From an uncultured Planctomycetota bacterium (GTDB lineage Bacteria > Planctomycetota > Planctomycetia > Isosphaerales > Isosphaeraceae), in assembly GCA_963737655.1 (NCBI GenBank), contig CAVTTN010000002.1, positions 1,184,001 to 1,248,000 of the forward strand: a DNA stretch of 64,000 nucleotides, written 5' to 3'. The position numbers and the translations under genes were made by a program. Positions 11,601 through 22,677 of this stretch are shown piece after piece. Within the stretch, counting starts at the first letter, position 1, and each line of letters opens with the position of its first letter. Below the pieces are notes generated by a model. It was given only the letters and a program-made list of their open reading frames with translations. It had not been told where the DNA came from and did no database searches.

Positions 11601-11953
11601 GGAAGCCACCGGGAGGCTGGCACCCGGATCAAAAACTCTCGATGGAGGAGGCCCTCCGCCTCTTCACCGCCGGGTCGGCCTTCGCCGGGTTCGAGGAGAA
11701 ACGGCTCGGGACGATCGAGGTCGGCAAGGCGGCCGACCTGACCCTGTTCGACCGCGACCTCTTCCGCGTCGAGCCGGCCCAGGTCCTCCGGGCCCGCGTC
11801 ACGGAAACCCTTGTGGAGGGGGAAGTTCTGCATCGATGGGACAATCGGGCCGAAAAGATCGCCCTGAAGATGACCGCCATCGCCCAGAGGCTCGCCGTCC
11901 CCCGAAGCCCTCTGCCCACCCTGGTCGCGGCGGTGACGGTGCGCTCCCTGTAA
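8646..11953 (+). CDS. Secreted double amidohydrolase: N-acyl-D-amino-acid deacylase-like domain fused to a YtcJ/amidohydrolase-3-like domain (frameshift ~9070)
   Basis: Signal peptide; PGFIDLHTHSD, GNCG, SHIRDE, HPRAYGTFPR; second domain PGLIDAHAH, DGAMGSRGA, HAIGD, RVEHAQ, GSDFPVE. Confidence 0.88.
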
Positions 11954-12037
11954 GGTGCATGCAAGGCACCGGCTTCGAATTCGAGCGGTTGGAATCGACC
12001 CCCAAGAGACAAATTCCGGTGCATGGCATGCACCCCT
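11950..12037. repeat. Degenerate REP doublet (GTAG-GGTGCATG family)
   Basis: GTAAGGTGCATGCAAGGCACC ... GGTGCATGGCATGCACCC; overlaps the TAA stop of the upstream gene. Confidence 0.6.
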
Positions 12038-12048
12038 CGGAGGCCCTG

Positions 12049-13629
12049 ATGCGTCATCGCTGGATTGGCACTTGCCTGGTCGGGTTGGCCGTCTTCCCTG
12101 CGCACGTTTTCGCCCAGGCCGAGCGGCCCAACCGCCGTCCCGGAGGGGGCGGCGCCCCTCCGGCGTCGGCGGCCCCGGCGGCCGAGGAGAAGCCGGCCGA
12201 GCGGCCGAAGGCCCCCGAGGCGGACGAGCCTCCGGTCGTCACCCAGCATCAAATCTCGGCCGACGGCAAGACGCTGGCCTACTCGGCCTCGGCCGGGATG
12301 ATGCCGATCAAGAACGCCCAGGGGGAGACCGAGGCGAAGATTTTCTACATCGCCTATACCTTGAAGGATTCGGGAGATGCGGCGAAGAGGCCGGTCATGT
12401 TCAGCTTCAACGGCGGCCCCGGGTCGTCCTCGGTCTGGCTCCACATCGGCGCCCTGGGGCCGAAGCGGGTCGTCATGCCCAGCGACGGCAAGTTCGCCGC
12501 CCCTCCGTTCCACGTCCAGGACAATGACTCGACCTGGCTCGACAAGACCGACCTGGTCTTCATCGACCCGGTGGGCACCGGCTTCAGCCGGGCGAGCAAG
12601 CCCGATCTCACGGCCAAGTTCCACGGCCTCCGGGGCGACATCGACAGCGTGGGCGAGTTCATCCGGATGTACCTGACCAAGACCGGCCGCTGGACCTCGC
12701 CGGTCTACCTCGTCGGCGAGAGCTACGGGACGACCCGCGCCGCCGGCCTGTCCGACCACCTGGTCGAGCATGGCGTGGCCCTGAACGGCGTGGTCCTGGT
12801 CTCGTCGGTGCTCAATTTCCAGACGCTCCGATTCGCCCAGGGCAATGATTTGCCCAACGTCCTGTACTTGCCCACTTACGCCGCGACGGCCTGGTATCAC
12901 AAGAAGCTGTCCAAGGACCTCCAGGCCCGGGACGTCAAGTCGGTGGTGGACGAGGCCCGCCGATGGGCCGACTCCGAATACGCCCGGAGCCTCGACAAGG
13001 GCACCGACCTGAAGCCCGAGGACCGCGCGGCGATGATCGCCGGGGTGGCCAAGTATACGGGCCTGGACCCGGATTACGTCGATGCCGCCGACGGCCGGAT
13101 CGAGATCATGGCGTTCTGCAAGCAGTTGCTCCGCAAGGAGAAGAAGACGGTCGGCCGGCTCGACAGCCGGTACGTCGGCATCGATGCCTCGCACACCGGC
13201 GAGAACCTGGAGACCGACCCGAGCATGGCCGCGATCCGGCCGCCCTACACGTCGGCCTTCAACGCCTACGTCCGCAACGACCTCGGCTACAAGACCGACC
13301 TGCCCTACCACATCCTGGGCGAAGGGGTGGGCCGCTGGGACTGGGGCACCCAGGGCCAGGGTTACGCCGACGTGAGCAACGCCCTGCGCAACGCGATGGC
13401 CAAGAATCCGTACATGAAAGTGTTCGTCGGCTCCGGCTACTTCGACCTGGCCACCCCCCTGGCCGCCACGGATTATACCCTGGCCCACATGGGCCTCCAG
13501 CCCGAGCAGAAGGCGAACGTCCGGGTCGAGACCTACGACGCCGGCCACATGATGTACCTCCACGAGCCGTCCCTGAAGAAGCTCAAGGCCGACGTGGCGA
13601 AGTTCCTGGAGGATTCCGGGACCAAGTGA
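12049..13629 (+). CDS. Peptidase S10 serine carboxypeptidase, secreted
   Basis: FNGGPGSSS, DPVGTGFS, GESYG, AGHMMY; signal peptide MRHRWIGTCLVG. Confidence 0.93.
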   Translation: MRHRWIGTCLVGLAVFPAHVFAQAERPNRRPGGGGAPPASAAPAAEEKPAERPKAPEADEPPVVTQHQISADGKTLAYSASAGMMPIKNAQGETEAKIFYIAYTLKDSGDAAKRPVMFSFNGGPGSSSVWLHIGALGPKRVVMPSDGKFAAPPFHVQDNDSTWLDKTDLVFIDPVGTGFSRASKPDLTAKFHGLRGDIDSVGEFIRMYLTKTGRWTSPVYLVGESYGTTRAAGLSDHLVEHGVALNGVVLVSSVLNFQTLRFAQGNDLPNVLYLPTYAATAWYHKKLSKDLQARDVKSVVDEARRWADSEYARSLDKGTDLKPEDRAAMIAGVAKYTGLDPDYVDAADGRIEIMAFCKQLLRKEKKTVGRLDSRYVGIDASHTGENLETDPSMAAIRPPYTSAFNAYVRNDLGYKTDLPYHILGEGVGRWDWGTQGQGYADVSNALRNAMAKNPYMKVFVGSGYFDLATPLAATDYTLAHMGLQPEQKANVRVETYDAGHMMYLHEPSLKKLKADVAKFLEDSGTK

Positions 13630-13762
13630 TGGACAGGCACTCACCTCGGCACGGCTCTTGCTGATCCTTTGTCCACAGCCGCCGGACGTTCCGGCCCCTC
13701 GCCCCGAGGGGACGTCCGGCGCGGTGGGGCCGCCTTCGAGCGGCGATCGGGAGGAGCCTCCG

Positions 13763-14017
13763 ATGAGCGACCGCGACGCGAACGCGACCGAGGCCGAGAA
13801 CGGCGCGATCAAGGACCCGGCCGAGTGGACCACCGGCGACGAGCCGATGACCGGGGCGCAGGATTCGTACCTCCACACCCTGGCCCGCCAGGCGGGCGAG
13901 GAGGTCGGCGAGGAGCTGACCAAGGCCGAGGCGTCGGTGAAGATCGAGGAGTTGCGGGAGAAGACGGGCAAGACGGCCCGGAAAGCGAAGACGAAGAAGT
14001 CCGCCTCGCGGAAGTGA
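13763..14017 (+). CDS. DUF3072 domain protein
   Basis: KDPAEWTTGDEPMTGAQDSYLHTL...LTKAEASVKIEEL; GGAGGAG RBS. Confidence 0.88.
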   Translation: MSDRDANATEAENGAIKDPAEWTTGDEPMTGAQDSYLHTLARQAGEEVGEELTKAEASVKIEELREKTGKTARKAKTKKSASRK

Positions 14018-14115
14018 GCCGGGCCGAGGTCGAGGCAAGGCGATTGCCCCCCGGGGGCCGAGGCGATACGCTCGGCGGCCCGGGGGGCGTTTCCGTCCGA
14101 GGCGATCGAGGACCG

Positions 14116-14487
14116 ATGGACGACGATTGGGGCGACGCGATCGTGACGGCCTGCCTGTGGGGGCCTCCGAGCCTGGCGGGGGTGCTCGCGCTCGTGAACG
14201 GGCCGATCCGGTTCTCGGGGCGGGCGCTGACGACGGGGATGAACCGGCTGGTGGCGGCGATCTGGCTCGCGCCGTTGCCGGTGACGATCCTGGTGGCCGT
14301 CGGGATCGTCGCGGCGAGGCGGGCGTCGGCCGACGAGGCGGGGCGGATCGCCCAGGACGCCTCGACGTCCGTCCTCCGCCTCCTGAGCGTCCTCTGCCTG
14401 CTGGCCGGAGGGACCATCGCCCTGGCCGGGGCCCGGCCGGTCATCCCGCCGAAGCGGCCCAAGGGGAAGCGGCGACGACGAGGCTAG
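14116..14487 (+). CDS. Hypothetical membrane protein
   Basis: Three hydrophobic segments, basic C-terminal tail, GAGG RBS. Confidence 0.55.
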   Translation: MDDDWGDAIVTACLWGPPSLAGVLALVNGPIRFSGRALTTGMNRLVAAIWLAPLPVTILVAVGIVAARRASADEAGRIAQDASTSVLRLLSVLCLLAGGTIALAGARPVIPPKRPKGKRRRRG

Positions 14488-14509
14488 CGGTCGGCCCGGG
14501 TCGAGAGAG

Positions 14510-14594
14510 GGGTGGCATGCTGACGTCTTCGTCAGCATGTCTTGGGTTCGAGACCGAGCGAAGACCTGCTCACGAAGACGTCAGCATGCCACCC
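14510..14594. repeat. REP-like doublet (GGTGGCATG family)
   Basis: GGGTGGCATGCTGACGTCTTCGTCAGCATGTCTT ... AAGACCTGCTCACGAAGACGTCAGCATGCCACCC; inverted pair, each arm itself palindromic. Confidence 0.85.
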
Positions 14595-14703
14595 GACCGA
14601 TTCGCCCGCCGCGACGGTCCCCTACCCGGCGGGCCTCGGCGCTGCTATGGTCGATCGGTCGGCCCGGCGCCTCGACCCGTCCCTCCCCTTCGGAGACCCG
14701 GCC

Positions 14704-15441
14704 ATGCCCGGCCCTCCCGGATCGGCCCGCGTTTTCGCCCTCGCGTGGGGGCTCGTCTTGCTGGCGATCGGCGCCGGGGCGACGGCCGGGGTCAAGTCGA
14801 CCGTCTCGACCTATCGGAGCGGCCCGGCGGAGGTCTCGGTCGAGTGCTTCGCCCCGACGACCGGGGGGAGGCACCCGGCAGCCCTCCTTTTGCACGGATC
14901 GGGCGGCCTGGACGGGGCCACCGGCGACGTCTTCCGGGGGATGGCCCGGTCGATGGCCCAAAAAGGGTATGTCGTGCTCATCCCCCACTATTTCGATCGC
15001 GAGGAACAGGACGACGGATGGGCCGAGGCGGTCCGCGACGCGATCGAGGTCGCCGCCTCGCGAGACGACGTCGATCCCGACCGCCTCGGCCTCTTCGGCT
15101 TCTCGCTCGGGGCGCACCTGGCGTTCAACCGGGCCTCTCGGGACGACCGCGTCAAGGCCGTGGTCGCGCTCTCGGGCCGGCCGCCGGTCGGTCCGGACGC
15201 CCGGGTCCCGCCGACGCTGGTCCTCCGAGGCTCGAAGGACCCCGGAGTCACCCCGCAGGTCGTCCGCGACTTTGAGGAAGCGATGAAAACGAGGCAAATC
15301 CCCTGTCTCGTGCATGTGTACCCCGGCCAGGGCCACAACTTCGAGGCCGGGAAGTTCGCCGACGTCGGCCAACGGATGATGTCGTTCTTCGATCAGCATG
15401 TCAAACCGAGGAAACCGAGGGCCGGCGCGGATGGAAAATGA
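14704..15441 (+). CDS. Dienelactone hydrolase family alpha/beta hydrolase
   Basis: LHGSGG, GFSLGA nucleophile elbow, D (GSKD), YPGQGHNF; start uncertain. Confidence 0.85.
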   Translation: MPGPPGSARVFALAWGLVLLAIGAGATAGVKSTVSTYRSGPAEVSVECFAPTTGGRHPAALLLHGSGGLDGATGDVFRGMARSMAQKGYVVLIPHYFDREEQDDGWAEAVRDAIEVAASRDDVDPDRLGLFGFSLGAHLAFNRASRDDRVKAVVALSGRPPVGPDARVPPTLVLRGSKDPGVTPQVVRDFEEAMKTRQIPCLVHVYPGQGHNFEAGKFADVGQRMMSFFDQHVKPRKPRAGADGK

Positions 15442-16215
15442 TCGCGAGGGCGGCCCGGCGGTCTCCTGGGAGGGCGTGGAGAAGGACTATCCCGACGGGC
15501 ACAAGGCGCTGGGCGGCGTGACGCTGGCGGTCGCCCGGGGGGAGTCGCTGGCGATCCTCGGCACCAGCGGATCGGGCAAGACGACGCTCCTGAAGACGGT
15601 CAACCGGCTGATCGAGCCGACCGGCGGCTCGGTGGTGGTCTTCGGCAAGCCGACCTCGGCCTGGGACCGGATCGCGTTGCGGCGGTCGATCGGCTACGTG
15701 ATCCAGGAGGCGGGCTTGATGCCTCATCTGGACTGCCTGGCCAACGCGGGGCTGGTCCCCCGGCTCAAGGGCACGCCCCGGGCCGATCGCGAGGCGAAGG
15801 CCGAGGAGGTGCTGGCGCTCGTGGGCCTGGACCCGTCGCGGTTCGCCCGGCTGCGGCCGCATCAGCTCAGCGGGGGGCAGAGGCAGAGGGTCGGCGTGGC
15901 CCGCGCCCTGGCCGCCGACCCGGACCTGATCCTGATGGACGAGCCGTTCGGCGCGCTCGACCCGATCACCCGCCGCGACCTCCAGGACGAGTTCCGGTCG
16001 CTGCAACGACGGCTGAAGAAGACGGTGATCCTCGTGACCCACGACATCCGCGAGGCGTGCCGGATCGCCGACCGGCTGGCCCTGATGGACCGGGGCAAGC
16101 TCGTCCAGGTCGGCTCGGCCGAGGACTTCCGGGACCGCCCGGCCGATCCGTTCGTCCGCTCGTTCTTCGCCGACGCCGAGGCCGTGGCGATCGGTCACGA
16201 CGGGGGCCCGGCTGA
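15431..16215 (+). CDS. Osmoprotectant (glycine betaine/choline) ABC transporter ATP-binding subunit (stop lost to an apparent frameshift ~16205)
   Basis: GTSGSGKTT, LSGGQRQRVGVARALAADP, LMDEPFGALDPITR, VTHD; a TGA at 16213-16215 overlapping the next ATG comes into frame if one base is restored. Confidence 0.88.
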
Positions 16216-17872
16216 TGACGGCATTCCTGAACCTGCTCCGCGAGACGCTCCGACTGGGCTGGGACCACCGGGCCGAGCTCGCGGAGCTGGCGGCGGCCCA
16301 CCTGGACCTGGTCGTCGAGTCGGTGGGGATCGCCTCGGCGATCGCCGTGCCCCTGGGCATCCTCGCGTCGCGGTCGAGGCCGGTCGAGCGGGTCGTGGTG
16401 GGCGCGGCCAACGTGCTGCAGACGGTGCCGAGCCTGGCCCTGCTCGGGTTCCTGCTCGTCCTGTTCGGCGGGGCGATCGGCAAGGCGCCGTCGCTCGCGG
16501 CCCTGGTGATCTATTCGCTGTTGCCGATCCTGAAGAACACGGTCCTGGGCCTCCGGGGGGTCGATCGCGGGACGGTCGAGGCGGCCGAGGGCATGGGGAT
16601 GACCGGGTGGCAGAGGCTCCGGCTGGTGGAGCTGCCGTTGGCCGTCCCGGTGATCCTCGGGGGCGTCCGGGTGGCGGCGGTGGCGGCCGTCGGCATGGCC
16701 ACGATCGCCGCGTTCATCGGCGCGAGGGGGCTGGGCAACTACATCCAGAGGGGCCTCTCGACGCTCGACGCCCGCTGGACCCTGCTCGGCGCGATCCCCG
16801 CGGCGATGCTCGCGCTGGGGTGCGACGCGGCTCTGGGCGAGCTCGAACGGGCGATCGACCCGAAGGCGGCGAAGGGCTCGCGGCTCCGGGGGATCGTCGC
16901 CGGGCTGGCCATCGCGGTGCTCCTGGGCCTGGCCCTCTGGGGCGCCACGGACGGCTGGAGGCCGGGCCGGGCCGCCGAACCGCCCGAGGCCGCCCCGGAC
17001 GGCCAGGCCGGCGAGGGCCGCCGCGAGATCCGGACCGTCGTCGTCGGCTCCAAGGACGGCGGCGAGATGATCCTCCTCGGCCACATGCTCGCGGACCTCA
17101 TCGAGGCAAAGACCGATCTGAACGTCCGGCGGACCATGAACCTCGGCGGGACGATGATCGCCTTCCAGGCGATGAAGGCCGGCGGCCCGGCGCGACCGGC
17201 GACCGGGCCGGCGGGCTGGATCTCTACGTCGAGTACACCGGCACCGCCCTCACGGCGATCCTGAAGAAGCCGCCGGCCAACGACCCGGCCGCCGTCCGCG
17301 ACGAGGTCCGGCTCGGGCTGGCCGCCCAGGGGATCGCGTGCCTCGACCCTCTCGGGTTCGAGAATACGTTCGCCATGCTGATGCGTCGGGACCAGGCCGA
17401 GCGGCTGAAGATCCGGCGGATCTCGGACCTCCGCCCATTCGGCCAGACGATCCGCCCGGGGGCCGGCCCCGAGTTCATGAACCGGCCCGACGGCTTCGCC
17501 GGGCTCGTCCGCGCCTACGGCCTGAAGTTCGCGCAGAGGCCCCGCGAGATGGACCGCAACCTCCTCTATCAGGCCCTGTCTCGGGGCACGATCGACCTCG
17601 CCGCCGGGGACTCCACCGACGGCCGGATCGCCGCGCTGGACCTCGTCGCCCTGGAAGACGACCGCCGCTATTTCCCCCCGTACGAGGCCGTCCCCCTGAT
17701 CCGCGCCTCGACCCTCCAGGCCCATCCCGAGATCGAGAAGGCCCTCCGCCCTCTGCTCGGCAAGATCGACGCCGCGACGATGAGGAGGCTGAACTACGAG
17801 ATCGACGGCAAGAAGCGCGACCCCGCCGAGGTCGCCCGCGAGTACCTCCGGGCCTCGGGCTTGCTGCCTTGA
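16215..17872 (+). CDS. Osmoprotectant ABC transporter permease fused to substrate-binding domain (frameshift ~17190)
   Basis: LQTVPSLALLG, EAAEGMGMT, VELPLAVPVILGGVR; then VGSK, DLYVEYTGT, GFENTFA, LEDDRRYFPPY. Confidence 0.88.
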
Positions 17873-17877
17873 GGCCC

Positions 17878-18037
17878 GGAGGGTGCATGAAATGCACCAA
17901 ACACGCGGCGGCCATCGGCCGCCCACCCAGACTCCGCGAGCACCGGCAAGGACAAGGAACGCGGTAGGCCGGCGTGGCCCGCCGCTTCCTGGCGGGTTTC
18001 GCCCGCCCCAGGTCACGGTGCATTTCATGCACCCTAC
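17878..18037. repeat. REP doublet / REPIN (GTAG-GGTGCATG family)
   Basis: GGAGGGTGCATGAAATGCACC ... GGTGCATTTCATGCACCCTAC. Confidence 0.88.
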
Positions 18038-18122
18038 GGGACGTTGGTCCTCATCACCGTTGTCCCCGGAGGGTCCAGGGGATAGCCTGGAGGCCCTTCG
18101 CCCACCACCCGGAGCGCCTCCC

Positions 18123-19426
18123 GTGAATCGAACCTTCCTCGCGTGCCTCGTCGCCCTGGTCGCCTCGTCGTCGGTCTCGGCCCAGGAGGCCGCGAAGCCT
18201 CCGACGAAGGCGATCGTGATCAAGGCCGGCAAGCTGATCGACCCCCGCGCCGGCCGCGTCTTGACCGATCGCGCGATCCTCGTCCGGGGCGAGCGGATCG
18301 AGGCCGTCGGGCCGATCGACGAGGTCCTCAAGGCCGCGCCGAAGGACTGCGAGACCATCGACCTCTCGGGCTCGACCGTCCTGCCCGGCCTGGCCGACTG
18401 TCATACTCACGTGTTGTTGCAGGGTGACATCACCCAGGCCGACTACGATGAGCAATTGCTCAAGGAATCGATCCCTTACCGGACGATCCGCGCCACGATG
18501 GCCGCCCGGACGGCCGTCATGAACGGCTTCACGGCGATCCGCGACCTGGAGACCGAGGGGGCGATGTACGCCGACGTGGACGTCAAGAAGGCCATCCACA
18601 ACGGCGTGATCCCCGGCCCCCGGATGTTCGTCGCGACCCGGGCGTTCTCGGCCACCGGCATGTATCCGCTGACGGGCTATTCCTGGGAGCTGAAGATGCC
18701 CGAGGGCGTGCAGATCGTCGACGGCCCGGACGCGATCCGCAAGGCCGTCCGCGAGCAGGTCAAGCACGGGGCCGACTGGATCAAATTCTACTGCGATCGC
18801 AAGTATTATCTGAAGGACGGCGTCCTCCGCAGCAAGGTGAACTTCACCGAGGACGAGATGAAGGCGATGGTGGACGAGGCCCACCGGCTCGACCGCAAGG
18901 TGGCCGCCCACGCGATGGGCAGGGACGGCATCGCCGCCGCTTTGAAGGCCGGCGCCGACACCATCGAGCACGGCGACGGCCTCGACGAGGAACTCATGGA
19001 CGAGATGATCCGAAAGGGCGCCTTCTGGTGCCCGACGATCTACGTCGGCGTGTACGTGGCCGAGGGCCGCGCCGCCTCCGGGCGCCGATCTGGAAGGACA
19101 TGGTCGAGATCGAGCGCAAGGCGTTCGGCCTGGCCGTCAAGAAGGGCGTCAAGATCGCCTACGGGACGGACGTCGGCGGCTACTCCTGGAGCGAGAACCA
19201 GGCCAAGGAGTTCTCCTACATGGTCCGCTACGGGATGACCCCGATGCAGGCGATCCGCTCCGCCACGGTCGTCGCCGCCGAGCTCCTCGAATCCGAAAAG
19301 GACCTCGGCGCCATCGAGCCCGGCAAGTTCGCCGACATCATCGCCGTCAAGGGCGACCCCCTGGCCGACATCTCCGAGCTGGAGCACGTCTCGTTCGTCA
19401 TGAAAGGTGGGAAAGTGCTCAAGTAG
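18123..19426 (+). CDS. Amidohydrolase family protein, Xaa-Pro dipeptidase-like (frameshift ~19080)
   Basis: PGLADCHTH, GADWIK, AAHA, IEHG, YGTD, GKFADIIAV; GTG start followed by a signal peptide. Confidence 0.88.
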
Positions 19427-19600
19427 GGTGCATGTAATGCACCAACCGGCGGCGGCCGGCGGCCGCCCTCGATTTTCTCATGTTTCCCGGGATTTTCTCG
19501 CGTTTTTCGACGCAAACGAGGAGGCGGAGGGCGGCCGACGGCCGCCGCCGGTTGGTGCATTTCATGCACCCGACATGACGGTGCATTCCATGCACCCGAC
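19423..19600. repeat. REP triplet / REPIN (GTAG-GGTGCATG family)
   Basis: GTAGGGTGCATGTAATGCACCAACCGGCGGCGGCC ... GGCCGCCGCCGGTTGGTGCATTTCATGCACCCGAC plus a third copy to 19600; lies between convergent genes. Confidence 0.88.
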
Positions 19601-19607
19601 GTCTGGT

Positions 19608-20507
19608 TCAGGGCTTCGGGTGCTTGAGGAAGAAGGCCCAGATCAGGGCGTTGGCGTCGAGGTCCAGCGCCGCCTTGCCGAGCAACGCCCCTCCGATCGG
19701 CTCCCGGCCCGGCCAGGTGTGGCCGCCTCCCTCGATCACGAACAGGACGACCTCGCTCCCCTCGCGACCGGGCCCGAATTCCCTCTTCGCGATCGTCAGG
19801 CCGTCCTTGCTGTCGTGGGGGACGTCGGTTCTGGCCGGCTCGTCGGGGCAGCCGTCGTGCTTCGCCCAGAGCTTGACGGTCTCCTCGACGCCCCGCAATC
19901 GCGACGACCCCGGCCTCCTCCAGAGCGTCCCTCCGAACGAGACGAAGCCGTCCTTGGTGCCGTGGAAGTGGAGGACCGGCACCGGACGCTTCGCCCGGAT
20001 CTCGGGCCCCACCATCGTCCCGGCCACCGGGGCGATCGCGGCGATCCGGTCGGACATCTCCGAGGCCAGCCGGTAGCACATCATCCCGCCGTTGGAGAAC
20101 CCGGTCGCGAACACCCGTCTCGGATCCACGTTCGCCGCCCCGGCCACGTCGTCCAGGACCTTCCCGAGATAGCCGACGTCGTCCACGTCGTCCCCGCCCA
20201 CCAGCCCGACGTTCCACCGGAGCATCGCGCCCCGGCCGGTGCCGTTGGGATAGGCCACCAGGAACCCCTCGCGATCGGCCGTCCCGCTCAACCCGCTGAT
20301 CATCGCCATCGCCGGCCCATTGGTGGCGAAGGGATGCAGGGCCAGGACCACCGGAAACGGCTTCTCCGGGTCATACGACGGAGGGACATGCAACAAATAA
20401 GGCCGCGACTTCCCGCCCGACTCCACCGACCGCGAATGGTCGCCGGGAGTCAAGGGCCCGGCCGCCGAGGCCGTGATCAAGGCCAGCCAGATCGGGACGC
20501 CGCTCAT
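19608..20507 (-). CDS. PHB depolymerase / LpqC-like esterase
   Basis: LLHVP, YPNGT, DDVGY, GFSNGG, HGTKD, GGGHTWPG. Confidence 0.9.
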   Translation of the reverse strand: MSGVPIWLALITASAAGPLTPGDHSRSVESGGKSRPYLLHVPPSYDPEKPFPVVLALHPFATNGPAMAMISGLSGTADREGFLVAYPNGTGRGAMLRWNVGLVGGDDVDDVGYLGKVLDDVAGAANVDPRRVFATGFSNGGMMCYRLASEMSDRIAAIAPVAGTMVGPEIRAKRPVPVLHFHGTKDGFVSFGGTLWRRPGSSRLRGVEETVKLWAKHDGCPDEPARTDVPHDSKDGLTIAKREFGPGREGSEVVLFVIEGGGHTWPGREPIGGALLGKAALDLDANALIWAFFLKHPKP

Positions 20508-20653
20508 CGACCACCCCTTTGCTGTCGAGATCGGCCCGGGGACCGACCGTCGGGCCCGCGAGGCGAGGGATCGACGCGACGCATGGGCTCGTGCGGCCCC
20601 TCTTGCTAGGATAGGGTGGCCTGAGGCGCTGGGGAAGGGATGAGGGACGGATC

Positions 20654-21525
20654 ATGGCGAACGCTCCGGACGGCCTGGAGGCGATCTTCGAGCGGGGTCA
20701 GACCGAGGCGTCCGGCCAGGTCCGCGATCCGGGGCCGGCGCGACGGGCGTTCCTCTCCGCCTCGACGAACATCGACACGGCCCCCTTGAAGGACACGCTC
20801 CGGAGCCGCGGCTTCGCTCCGTTCGAGCTCGACGAGGTCGCCGCCGAGGGCCGGACGATCCCCGAGCTGCTCGAAGATTGCGTGAAGGGCGCCGACCTCA
20901 TGGTCGCCGTGGTCGGCGGCGGTTCGCGAGAGAACGTCCTGTTCGAGCTGGGCTACGCCTCGGCCCTGAAGACGCCGATCCTCGCCCTGGTCCCGCCCGG
21001 CGAGGCGATGCCGATCTCGCTGGCCTCCATCCCGTATCTCCGAACGGGCCCGAACAACCGAGAAGCGATCGAGTTCGGGCTGGATACCCTCCTGGCCGTC
21101 CCGCCGTCGTCCCGGCCATCGCGGGAGAGTCTCCCGAGACGACCCGCCCCATCGGTCCTCTGGCCGATGAACTGCTCGGGAGGCTTCGCACCTCCGGCGA
21201 TTCGGATCAGAATGACCTGACCGAGATCGTTCGTCGGGCCTTGAATGCGAGCGGCGTCGCATCCCTGAACCTCGCTCCCCGCCTGTTCGAAGACGGCTCG
21301 ACCGACTTCGCCGTCTGGTCGGACGATTTCGAGGGTTTTGCAGGGATTGGGGAGTCGGACTCCGAAACTCGGGGAGCTCGCTCTCCCAACTCCCCCGGAT
21401 CGCTCAGCCGCCCGTGCTCCCGGTGGCGATTTTGGTCTCGAAGAGGCTGGATGAACGTGCGTCCCGATGCCGATACCACGGACCTGGCATCGTCTGTTCG
21501 CAGACTGGAAATGCCTGTATACTAG
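20654..21525 (+). CDS. TIR-like / nucleoside deoxyribosyltransferase-fold protein with a possible degenerate nuclease-like C-terminus (frameshift ~21134)
   Basis: RAFLSAS...CVKGADLMVAVV...ENVLFELGYASALKTPILAL; the reading frame continues as ETTRPIGPLADELL...TDFAVWSDD after one C is restored. Confidence 0.65.
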
Positions 21526-21556
21526 GTATTCCGGCGGTCAGTCCAGGCGGGCGAAT

Positions 21557-22677
21557 CTGGAATCCGAAGAGTTCCTGAGCCCCCGGCTGGTCGGGGGTCG
21601 GTTCGAAGGGAATGCCATCCCCCTCGACTTCTTGCGCGACTTATCGGCGCTCAACGACATCCTCCGGGAGGAGGCAAGGGCGGCCTGGTTCAAGGCGAAC
21701 CGCGACCGCAAACGCCTCCCGAACGGCTTCTCCGAAGACTTCACCCTGTCGCTCTCCGGCGTCGAACCAGGGAGTGCCGTCCCGAAGATCACCTTGTTCT
21801 TCGCGATGTTGGGGGCGGCGGCCGCCCCGGCGGTCGAGTACCTCCGCCAATCGCGAGAGAACCTGATCGGCGGCGTCCGCGCCGCTGCGGAGGATCGGCA
21901 ACCGACCGATTATCTCTCGCCGGGAACGTTGGCGAAATTCCAAGGCTTCGGCGAACGGCTCCGCGACGGCGAAGCCATCGAGTTCAGCGACCACGGCACG
22001 ACGGTCCGGTACACGAAGGAAGTCCGTCGCAAGCTGCTGCTGGCGGCACCGGGGGTCGAGGAAGTTTCGGAGGAGGTCGAGCTTCGCGGGCTGGTGTGGC
22101 GAACGGATCAGAGGGACAAGGTCTTTCTCATCAAATTGGCCGATGGGACGGAAGCCCCTGGCCCTATGGCCGGAGATCATTACGATAACATCCTCGAAGC
22201 GACGAAGGATTATCGACGCGGTGCGAAGATCTTCTTGCAGGGCATCGGGACGCGGAACCGGCAAGGAAAACTCGTAAGGATCGACTCCATCGAAAGTTCC
22301 AGCGTGCTAGACCCTCTCGACATCCATGCGAGGCTTGAGGAACTGCGTGTCCTCAAGCAAGGATGGTTTGACGGCGAAGGCGAGTCCTTCGATCCGGCGG
22401 GGATGGACTGGCTCGAATCCTCCGTGCACGATCACTACGCGCCGGATCGCCACTCCCGTACATCTTCCCGTCGCCGGACGGCCAGGTCATCTTCCAGTGG
22501 AAGATTGCCAATACGTCCGCGACGCTGGAGATCGACCTTCGAGACAGGACAGGCTACTGGCATGCCCTCGATCTGGCGAGCAAGAGCGATTCGGATGCGG
22601 ACATCAATCTCGATGAGGCCACCGGCTGGAACAGCCTGACGGAGCGGTTGGCAATGATTCGTGGGGGCAAGGCGTGA
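21557..22677 (+). CDS. Uncharacterised multidomain protein, putative antitoxin/partner (frameshift ~22446)
   Basis: EFLSPRLVGGRFEGNAIPLDFLRDL...; beta-rich middle; C-terminal RLEELRVLKQGWFDGEG...PLPYIFPSPDGQVIFQW; TGA at 22675-22677 overlaps the next GTG; start uncertain (CTG 21557 or ATG 21467). Confidence 0.7.

Noticed and set aside
15398..17872. 824-aa ATPase-to-binding-protein fusion ORF
   Set aside because: The middle is out-of-frame permease sequence; the ORF is an artefact of two frameshifts.
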